From the NCBI GenBank assembly GCA_002269645.1, contig NIVC01001892.1:160570-224569 (forward strand): a stretch of 64,000 nucleotides of DNA, read 5' to 3'. Source of the stretch: Macrostomum lignano (taxonomy: Eukaryota). The notes under the pieces were generated by a model. The model was not told where the DNA came from, did no database searches, and saw only the letters and a list, made by a program, of their open reading frames with translations. Shown one piece after another: positions 27,534-38,200 of this stretch (positions are counted from its first letter, which is position 1; every line of letters begins with the position of its first letter). Made by a program: the position numbers and the translations under genes.

Positions 27534-29068
27534 TTAAACCCTGGAGTTGGTGCTGCTCCCGCCTCTGCTCTGTTGCTGTTGCTGCTGCCACAGCCACGTG
27601 CCGCCGCCGCCGCCGCCGCCCCTCCTGCGGCAGATCACGTGGCCGATGGCCGAGAAGCAGGCGCCCAGAGTCCACTGGCCCGGCTTGCCCGGCGCCGTGC
27701 TCAAAGGCGCCGCAGCGGAGGCGCCCGGCCGGCCGAGGATCAGCGGCTCCTCCTGGGCGGACGGCGCCGGCGGCGCCCGCACCCGCAGCCGGTCGAACAC
27801 CTCCTCGAAGGCTTCGTCCACTCCGTCGCCTGTGAGGGCGGAGGCCTCCACGGTGGCGTGCAGGCCGTGGCGGGCGGCGAAGGCCGCTGCCTCCTCCGGG
27901 GACACCTGCGATGAGATTGGGGCGGGGGCAGTTGGTGTGGGATGAAGATTGCTGCTGAAGTCAGATCCTAATTCTCCATAATCAGTTCCCCATATTCAGA
28001 TCCCCATTCGCCATAATCAGATTCATATTCCCCATAATCAGATTCATATTCCCCATAATCAGATCCCCATTCCCCATAATCAGATCCCTATCCCATGTTC
28101 AGATCCTCATTACCTATATTCAGATCCCCATTCCCCATAATCAGATTCATATTCCCCATAATCAGATTCATATTCCCCATAATCAGATCCCCATTCCCCA
28201 TAATCAGATCCCTATCCCCATATTCAGATCCCCATTCTCCATAATTAGATCCCTATTCCCCATTAAACAGATCCCCATTATCCATAATCAGATCCCCATT
28301 CCAAGCTTCCAGATCCCCAGTCCCCACAGTAAAATTGTCAGTTGCAGATTTCAACTCCCCGATCCCAAACACGAATGACTAAATTCCCAAATTTCCCAAC
28401 TCGACTCCTATACCCACAGATTTGAGCTTCCCAATCCCTGTTCCAAGTTTTACCAAAAATCAAACCCTCACATTGTCAGTCTGCCTCCCAGCTCACCTGC
28501 CGCTCAGCAGCGGAGCAGTCGGCCTTGGCGCCAACCAGCACAATGACGGCATCGGCTGGCGCCTCCTCCCTCAGCGCCGGCAGCCAGTCAGCTCCGGCGG
28601 CCGTCAGCGAGTCCTTGTTGGTCAGGTCGTACACCAGCAGGGCGGCGCGGGCCCCGGCCAGGTAGCCGCGCACAATGTGCCGAAAGCGCTGGTGGCCGCT
28701 GGCGTCCCAGAGCGAGGGCTGTGGCGGTGTATGAGGAGAAAGGTGAGATCACAGATCGTAAAAAGGATAATAATAGCACACCTAAAGGAGCGCAGGGAGC
28801 ACCTAATTCCTAACTAAGGCTAAAGGGCACCAAGAAGAGTCAACAACAAGCTAGTGGTAGCTCGTGTAGAGATACTGGATTTCAGAAACGCGCTCACCTT
28901 CAATCCGCCCGTCTGCTCAGCCAGAAAGATCACGTCAATACCAACCGTTGCCAAACAGTTGGCGTCGAACACCTGATCAACGTAGCGGCTAATTAGGCTG
29001 GTTTTGCCGCAGCCCGGTGCGCCAACAACGATCACGGCTGGTCCTCTTTGGTGCGCGTTCAATGCCAT
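27534..29068 (-). CDS. Atypical Rab-like small GTPase, 3 exons, 254 aa
   Basis: Exons complement(28898-29068, 28497-28718, 27534-27905), all phase 0, 765 nt. G1 GAPGCGKT, G2 ATVGID, G3 LWDASGHQRFR, RabF YLAGARAALLVYDLT, G4 LVGAKAD, G5 VEASAL. Confidence 0.85.
27960..28300. repeat. ~21-bp degenerate intronic repeat (CAGATCCCCATTCCCCATAAT)
   Basis: Lies in Rab-like intron 2. Confidence 0.85.
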
Positions 29069-29659
29069 GCTGACGAGAGGACTGGAGGCAGGTCACAGGT
29101 CCGCTTGCTTTCTTTGTGTTGAAGAAATAGGCCGATTTTGCTCTGCCTTCAAAAACGACAGTTGGACTTAGGCTTTGTCTGCCTTGTGTCTTGCACGTGA
29201 TTCATTTATATAAGCTTAGGACGACGGGTTCAAGTTTCATCCAAGTGTTGAGTTTTTACTCACCCCCTCTATTTCCCTTTCCTGGTATAGCGCTAATTGG
29301 TGCGGGGTGCGGGGGTTGTTTGGTTGAGGGGGTAGGCACCTAACGGCCCGCCGCTAGCGGAGCCCATCCCACGCTAAAAATAGCCCGTTAACGGGACCCA
29401 GCCCACGGTGGGATGGGCTCCCTTAGCGCACCTAACGGCCGTGGGCTAGCCAGACAATCCACTAAACAAAAAATACGTGGCTAGCCAGGTGGCTCCACCG
29501 TGGACCCACACAGGCTAGCCTAGAGAGTCCACACAGTGCGCACAGTGATAGTACGCTAGATATGCCAAGGAACGCTGCTATTGGTCCGTGTAGGCTGGGG
29601 TCGAGTGCACCGCGGACGGGAATGAGAAGTCTGGGAATTCTGAGTGCTAAAAATAGACA

Positions 29660-29735
29660 CCGCTAAAAATTGGTCGAGTGGCCAGTGCGCCTGACTTGAA
29701 ATTGGAAGGTTTGAGGTTCGAATCTTGCTAGACAA
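29660..29735 (+). pseudogene. tRNA-Ser(UGA)-like relic or tRNA-derived SINE head
   Basis: A-box-like TGGTCGAGTGG (29671-29681), GACTTGAAAT anticodon-loop-like segment, B-box GGTTCGAATC (29715-29724). The stems do not pair into a full cloverleaf. Confidence 0.4.
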
Positions 29736-30144
29736 AATATTTTCTTGATGTAAGTATTGTGGGTGTAAAAAAAGCAAAACAGGCAGAAGACCAAAAATTA
29801 GAATTTAAGTGAACAACATTAAATTATGGTAAGGATTATTACTATTAAAATTAGAGGATTATTAAGTTTAAGCGATGAAAATACGCGGATTAGAAAAGTA
29901 GTATTGAAAGAGTAAAAAGTATTATTTATTCGAACATAAATAAAAACGGTGGAAATGATTTTTTAAAATTTAGTATTAGCATTCATACTTCGTCTGTAAT
30001 CATAGTACTTTAAATCAGTAGCTCATTTTGGGTTTGTAGAATTTAAGTGATTAAGCTGGTGATAATGCATTGGAGAGCCACTCATAAGCCAAATTGATAT
30101 ATTATCGGGTTAGCCAATAGCCTTAATACTAAGATGCACAGCAC

Positions 30145-33100
30145 AGGTAGGCTCCTTGCATGCACGCGCTCACAGCTCACACTGCTGCCAATATCAGCAG
30201 CAAGCTCAACCGCCTGAAAGTTAGCGATGTGGCAGTCCATTAATGTGGCAGTTGCAGGCCTAAAGTTAAGTAACTCTTATGAAGTCATGCACTCATCACT
30301 CATGGTCTGTGTTTTTTTGGTTTGTTTTTGTTTTGGCACGGTTTGAGTCTAGCAGTGCTAATATTGAACACTTAGTAATCTTTTGTAACACTTCGGGTGA
30401 AGCACATTTAGTTCCTGTCATATTTATTGTCATTGAAGTCGAAGATCAATTATACCGGTACCGTTTCGACGTATCGTAATTATTAAAAAAAGAATCTATA
30501 TTTGAAAGTTCAACTGTTGTGCCACCTTAGATACATTTTTTCTGGTAAAAAAGTCTTAAATGTTTTATGTATTGCAATAAAACTTAAAAACTCCCCTGCT
30601 TTTATCATGGACGAGTAAAAAAATCGAAAGGTAAGTTCAGTTTTGTTAATGTTTTCGTAGCTGTTGACAACAAGAACTCAGTTACTTTTTATTTAATGTA
30701 TCGTAAATTTATGATTTTAAAAGTTCATATGAGAATGCAGCCTAATTGTTATTATGAATTGTCATGCATTTAATACAGTTCTAGAGTAAAGTAAAATTAT
30801 TCAGACACTTTCTCAAGACCTCAGGCAGTACATTCGCGGCATTCGCCGTGCAATTTTATAATTTTTGGAGGCTAATATCCATCAAAAATAACAGTGCGGA
30901 TGCGGAGACAGAAAAAGCGTCATTTTTGCATCACAAAATCAAGCGATAGCATTTGATCTCGGTTAATGAATACTACCATTCTTTTAATTTAGGATGCAAA
31001 GCATGTCAGTCTGTTGTATTATATACATGTATGTTGCCTGTTGGGTTTAAAAAGTTTTTGCCTAATATAGATTATATTTAGATTTAATCTGAATATAATT
31101 TAGATATAATTCTTTTTAAAATTTTTACAAGCCAAAGGTTATAAATACTCACTAGTGACATTAGTATCAGTAGCCGAAATATTTTGTTTTGCTTTGTCTT
31201 GAAACAAGTATATATTTATAATGTAGCATATAAAGTGTGAAGAAGGGACACAACAGTAAAAAAATTCATAAGTGTATTAAAAATGAAAACTAGGTAGGCT
31301 CCTTGCATGCACGCGCTCACAGCTCACACTGCTGCCAATATCAGCAGCAAGCTCAACCGCCTGAAAGTTAGCGATGTGGCAGTCCATTAATGTGGCAGTT
31401 GCAGGCCTAAAGTTAAGTAACTCTTATGAAGTCATGCACTCATCACTCATGGTCTGTGTTTTTTTGGTTTGTTTTTGTTTTGGCACGGTTTGAGTCTAGC
31501 AGTGCTAATATTGAACACTTAGTAATCTTTTGTAACACTTCGGGTGAAGCACATTTAGTTCCTGTCATATTTATTGTCATTGAAGTCGAAGATCAATTAT
31601 ACCGGTACCGTTTCGACGTATCGTAATTATTAAAAAAAGAATCTATATTTGAAAGTTCAACTGTTGTGCCACCTTAGATACATTTTTTCTGGTAAAAAAG
31701 TCTTAAATGTTTTATGTATTGCAATAAAACTTAAAAACTCCCCTGCTTTTATCATGGACGAGTAAAAAAATCGAAAGGTAAGTTCAGTTTTGTTAATGTT
31801 TTCGTAGCTGTTGACAACAAGAACTCAGTTACTTTTTATTTAATGTATCGTAAATTTATGATTTTTAAAGTTCATATGAGAATGCAGCCTAATTGTTATT
31901 ATGAATTGTCATGCATTTAATACAGTTCTAGAGTAAAGTAAAATTATTCAGACACTTTCTCAAGACCTCAGGCAGTACATTCGCGGCATTCGCCGTGCAA
32001 TTTTATAATTTTTGGAGGCTAATATCCATCAAAAATAACAGTGCGGATGCGGAGACAGGAAAAGCGTCATTTTTGCATCACAAAATCAAGCGATAGCATT
32101 TGATCTCGGTTAATGAATACTACCATTCTTTTAATTTAGGATGCAAAGCATGTCAGTCTCTTGTATTATATACATGTATGTTGCCTGTTGGGTTTAAAAA
32201 GTTTTTGCCTAATATAGATTATATTTAGATTAAATCTGAATATAATTTAGATATAATTCTTTTTTAAATTTTTACAAGCCAAAGGTTATAAATACTCACT
32301 AGTGACATTAGTATCAGTAGCCGAAATATTTTGTTTTGCTTTGTCTTGAAACAAGTATATATATAATGTAGCATATAAAGTGTGAAGAAGGGACACAACA
32401 GTAAAAAAATTCATAAGTGTATTAAAAATGAAAACTAGGTAGGCTCCTTGCATGCACGCGCTCACAGCTCACACTGCTGCCAATATCAGCAGCAAGCTCA
32501 ACCGCCTGAAAGTTAGCGATGTGGCAGTCCATTAATGTGGCAGTTGCAGGCCTAAAGTTAAGTAACTCTCATGAAGTCATGCACTCATCACTCATGGTCT
32601 GTGTTTTTTGGTTTGTTTTTGTTTTGGCACGGTTTGAGTCTAGCAGTGCTAATATTGAACACTTAGTAATCTTTTGTAACACTTCGGGTGAAGCACATTT
32701 AGTTCCTGTCATATTTATTGTCATTGAAGTCGAAGATCAATTATACCGGTACCGTTTCGACGTATCGTAATTATTAAAAAAAGAATCTATATTTGAAAGT
32801 TCAACTGCTGTGCCACCTTAGATACATTTTTTCTGGTAAGAAAGTCTTAAATGTTTTATGTATTGCAATAAAACTTAAAAACTCCCCTGCTTTTATCATG
32901 GACGAGTAAAAAAATCGAAAGGTAAGTTCAGTTTTGTTAATGTTTTCGTAGCTGTTGACAACAAGAACTCAGTTACTTTTTATTTAATGTATCGTAAATT
33001 TATGATTTTAAAAGTTCATATGAGAATGCAGCCTAATTGTTATTATGAATTGTCATGCATTTAATACAGTTCTAGAGTAAAGTAAAATTATTCAGACACT

Positions 33101-33583
33101 TTCTCAAGACCTCAGGCAGTACATTCGCGGCATTCGCCGTGCAATTTTATAATTTTTGGAGGCTAATATCCATCAAAAATAACAGTGCGGATGCGGAGAC
33201 AGAAAAAGCGTCATTTTTGCATCACAAAATCAAGCGATAGCATTTGATCTCGGTTAATGAATACTACCATTCTTTTAATTTAGGATGCAAAGCATGTCAG
33301 TCTGTTGTATTATATACATGTATGTTGCCTGTTGGGTTTAAAAAGTTTTTGCCTAATATAGATTATATTTAGATTTAATCTGAATATAATTTAGATATAA
33401 TTCTTTTTTAAATTTTTACAAGCCAAAGGTTATAAATACTCACTAGTGACATTAGTATCAGTAGCCGAAATATTTTGTTTTGCTTTGTCTTGAAACAAGT
33501 ATATATATAATGTAGCATATAAAGTGTGAAGAAGGGACACAACAGTAAAAAAATTCATAAGTGTATTAAAAATGAAAACTAGG
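30145..33583. repeat. Tandem triplication of a ~1145-bp AT-rich unit
   Basis: Units start AGGTAGGCTCC at 30145, 31292 and 32437; the array ends with AGG at 33583. Near-identical copies with few substitutions or indels. Confidence 0.95.
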
Positions 33584-34287
33584 ATGATGAAACTTATTAA
33601 CGCGCAACTATTAGCATATAAAATAAAGTAGAGTAACATGTTGTGCACGCTATATTAAAATAATGGTAGTCTTCATCCTTCAGAATGAAAAGCTTTGGGT
33701 AATATATTTTGTTAATGATATATTCTCCAGTGTATTTTCACGGAAATCAGCCTCTAAAACAATTACAGGATCTCTGAATCTGACTGCTTTTATTTAATGT
33801 ATTGATTGTATTCACAGATAAATGTATCGTGGGTTGCTTTCACAAGCTCGAAATTTCACATCGAAACCAGTTATTTTCATAAACTCGAAATTTCACAACC
33901 TCGAAAACCATTTTGAACTCGAATAAACTCGATAAACTCGAAAGCAAGTTTAACGGAAAACCAATTTAAGTATTTATGCACTTTCTGCAGTCCGTCTAGA
34001 CTGTGTTGTTTATTGCAAAGGCATGCTAGTCTAAATAACGGCGGCAAGGAATGAGTACGTTAGTATTCCTGAAGTACAAGTACGTAGCAAGGTTTTACAA
34101 ATTGTAGATACATCTAGACTGCGCATATCTCTAATTCCCCAATCCGGTATGTTCTGAAGTTCTGTCCCAGTCAGGTGGTATACAGTTACTACAGCAATCG
34201 TTAGGTAAGTACATGTAAGTGACTGCAGCAAGGTTTTTTAATGTTTTCAGTATGCCATTTGTTGTATTCCCGAATGCAACAAAATCA

Positions 34288-34490
34288 GTTTTAGCGCCGC
34301 AGGCACTCATTTTAGCGCCGCAGTCACTCATTTTAGCACCGCAGGCACTCATTTTAGCGCCGCAGGCACTCATTTTAGCACCGCAGGCACTCATTTTAGC
34401 ACCGCAGGCACTCATTTTAGCGCCGCAGGCACTCATTTTAGCGCCGCAGGCACTCCTTTTAGCTCCACAGGCACTCATTTTAGCACTAAA
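34288..34490. repeat. Short dispersed array of the same 21-bp unit as 20061-21699
   Basis: TTTTAGCGCCGCAGGCACTCA x~10. Confidence 0.9.
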
Positions 34491-35263
34491 AGTAAGCACT
34501 GGTATTTGGGCCTTAGAAAAGAATACCGACAGGCAACTCATTTTTATTATATAAGATACAGACAACTCATTTTTAGGATATATAGGATGCCCGGCGCTTC
34601 AGCTTGGCCGGCTCTTACGCCACTATGTATTATTATATTTCAAATATTTTTACAGTATTGGCTACAGTTTGTATATAATGGTGTGCGAGTAATAAAGCAG
34701 TGCATCAATATAAATAAATCGAAGTACAGTATAAAATAAATCGAATAAAAGTAGAGAATTGATATTTGAAAACTGATATGTATTGAATTGTAAAATAGGA
34801 TTTGACATTATGGAATTAAAAGATATCTCACTTATTAGGCAATAAAATATTGATTACTATTGTGATGGATTTAAGTAGTAAAAAATAGTTTACAGGTATT
34901 GTCATGGATACAGAGTAATAAGTGACTGTGGATATCAGTTAATTGCTCATTAATTGGTAACGTATGTAAACAGTCAACATTCAGTGTAAATTTATAGCGT
35001 AGCATGACTAGAGAGCTTTATGGTTGCTATAGCGAAGATATTAAAATTGTCAATGTTAGTCAGTTAATTCTGTTTTCACTGAACTAAAGTTACTAAACCA
35101 ATAATTAAACTGGTTTTAAATAAGCATTCATATGCTTCTCACTTTCAACTCGTTTTGCTATGGTGACAAAAGTATCCAGGTATCCAGGTGCAGATTTGTG
35201 GTGCCCCTATGGCATCGCAGCGGCCAGGCCATAGGCGTTGAATATCCTGGGCCCCAGGTCCGG

Positions 35264-38200
35264 CTAGATTAAAAAGCCGGCAGCCCAGAGCTCCGGCAAC
35301 GGCAGAGCGCGCTCGAAGCCCTCGTAGCGATCGGGCAGAATCTGAGTGAGAGTGCAAAATGTTTTTAACTGGTTAGTTTTGTCTTCGTTACATATTGCTG
35401 AAGATTCTGGAGGGTAAAGACCCAGGGTGGATTCTGGAGGGTATTTGCTTAAGACGAACGAGTCAATTGTGGATGGAATGTACTTATCTGTTGTAGTAGG
35501 ATGCAATAACTCGTAGGATGGTAGGATGCAGTGCCGCCAAGTATCAGAACGTAGCCGAGTGGCCAAACCAAGGCTGCTGGGGGCTGGAATTGAACTTAAT
35601 TGGTTGCATTGAACAGCAGTCCTAAGTAATGTTTTTTTAATGTAAATCGTAACAGTGTGCAATGCTTTTTTACTGATTACAACTTGCCAAGCTTATACTA
35701 TGGTATGATCAATAAATAAGGAAGAAATTGAAGGCAAAGATTTTTAATCCAAAAAGGGGGCTGGGTAAGAACCCTCGGGGCGAACCATTTTACTTAATGC
35801 AAAACTAAACAAAACAACAAAGAACAAGCACTTCAAACCATTTCGCCCGAGGGTTCATATCTGATTGTAGGGAAAGTTCTCGGAATTGTCTGTCTGTCTG
35901 TCCTTCTGTGTGTCTGTATGTATGTCTGTATCGGTTCGCCTGCCTGTCAGTCTGTCTGTCCTTCTGTATGTCTGTCTGTATCGGTCTGTCTGCCTGTCTC
36001 TCCTTCTGTATGTCTGTCTGTCCTTCTGTATGTCTGCCTGTCTCTCGGCCTGTCTGTCTGTCTGTCTGTGTCTGTATGTATGTCTGTATCGGTTCGCCTG
36101 CCTGTCAGTCTGTTAAAATGTTAAAAAATTCCGAAAACTCTCCCCACAATCAGATAGCCCAGCCCACCCAGCGCAATTTTACACAATTTTACAATTTTAC
36201 GCAAAGTTTTTAAAGCCGCAGGCCGCTGCTGCGGAGGCGCCGAATGCGGCGGCGCTGAGCCAGCGGCGGCGGTGGTGGCGGTGGTGCCGGTGGTGGTGGC
36301 GGTGGCGCCGGTGGTGGTGGCGGTGGCGCCGGCGGTGGTGGCGCCGGCGGCGGTGGCACTTGATCCTGATCCTGATCCATCTGGAAAAGAAACCAGAGTT
36401 GAGTGAAAAAAACCATTTTTCGCACCATCTTGAAACCATAATGATGAATTGCGTCACTTAAAACATGATGCTAGTGTATGTCTAGAAACCATAGTGCACA
36501 TGTCCTCCTCATACTAATTTTAGTAGCCTACTCTTCCTAGTTGTCTCGCAGGTCACTCAGATACTCAGGGTGAACCTCCTGGATTTAAAGGTCTGTGTTC
36601 AGTATATTGCTTGTGTATAGGAAAAATTTGTGTGCTTTGGGAGCACTAGAAACGGTGGGAAAGAGAAAAGTGGATGGCTATGTAATCCTACTAAATTAGT
36701 TACGCCATGAAGATTTTAACATTAAGATTCGCATAAGGTAATTTTTTAAATCTAAATGGCCTCCTAAAAATGCATGTTTCCTTGGTTGTTACACTGCCGC
36801 AGACTGTGATGGAGCTGGAGATACACAAATTCCTCTTAGGGCTGCTGATTGATTAGTTTCAATATTTAAGTTTTAATTTCAAGTTGAAATAGGAAGTTTC
36901 AACTCTGTAACTCAACCGAAAAAGAAACTGTAAGCATGTGAAGTTTGTCTGCTTTTTCTGTTGTTTTTGCCACTCACTCACTCATTCCCCCAGCCCAGAC
37001 GAAGGGTCAGGCGATAGGGCTGAATGTACATAGCAAATGTACCGTGTTTTAGAATAACTTTTTAATAGCCTTCTGTGTACCCCGCGCGTGGAAAGGCTAC
37101 GTTTAGCCATGACAGTTTAGTGAGAAATTCTAACCACTGTCCTCTGTATTGGCAAACTCTGCAGCAGTTTAACAGTGGATGGCAAATCGAGGGAATTCAG
37201 CATGGTTTGTAAAAGCGAAAGATTTATGAAAAGGCGATGCAATGCAATACAACCCTACTAAATTAGTCACACCATGGAAATTTTAGGTTTCTCTTAAAAG
37301 TACTTTGAATTTTAAATTTCCTCCTAAGAAATGCGTATTTCCTTTGTTGTTAAACTGCTGCAGACTGCAGTGGAGATGAAAATACACAAATTCCTTTCAG
37401 GACTGCAAATTGGCAAGAAAGAAGACATGATCAAAGCATGAGAACAGCCATGAGAGTACTAAGAGAGGAAAGAAGACGGGAGAGAGAGCAGAGGAGAGAC
37501 AACGGGAGAGAAGTGGAGTAAGACAGACACTAAGAAAGACATTGGGACAGACACTAAGATAGACACTAGGATAGATAACAGATATGACAGAAATAACTAT
37601 ATATAGCTTATTACTAAATATATATATATAGCTTATTATGAACTGTAAATATCCACCTATAATAAATGTCTAAGTCTGTTATAACTAAATGCGCATAGCT
37701 TAAAACTCACTATATATGCTTATAACTAAGCAAATATTGGTTATTATGAAGCGTATTATCAGAGTAAGACTCTAGGAAGTCGAACAATTTTAAAGTTCAA
37801 AATGCCATCCACAATTTGTGCAAGCGAAAATCACAATCAAAAAAACGTGGCGCCAAGTCTTATGACGTCGTTAAAAGATTAATCTAATATATTCCATTGA
37901 AAAAACTTGATATCGTGCGCTTGCAGCAAAACTGAATTTTACTAAGAATTATTCAAACAGTGGCATTTTCGCTTTAAAATTATTCGATTCCTTGAACTTA
38001 CCTGTATTTAAAGACAAATTAAAAATAACCAAGTATAGCCGTTAAGCTTGCGCTCAAATATTTATACTCTATGCAGGCCTATGCTTAAAATGAGACAAGG
38101 ATAGAATTTTCTTTCCAGCTCTTTATATAAGCTCCTTGATACTGGTGAATAAAGCCACAAATTAACTTACACCGTGGGTGGTGGCCGTCGTTGAATCAAA

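Noticed and set aside
29660-29735. Functional tRNA-Ser gene
   Set aside because: The acceptor and anticodon stems do not pair; kept only as a relic or SINE head.
35769-35856. 15-16 bp inverted repeat (GAACCCTCGGGGCGAA / TTCGCCCGAGGGTTC) as a MITE
   Set aside because: No convincing TSD, and a single short instance.
36688-37405. Diverged ~150-bp direct repeat (36688-36845 vs 37254-37405)
   Set aside because: An old local duplication in AT-rich intron-like DNA with no coding or structural signal.
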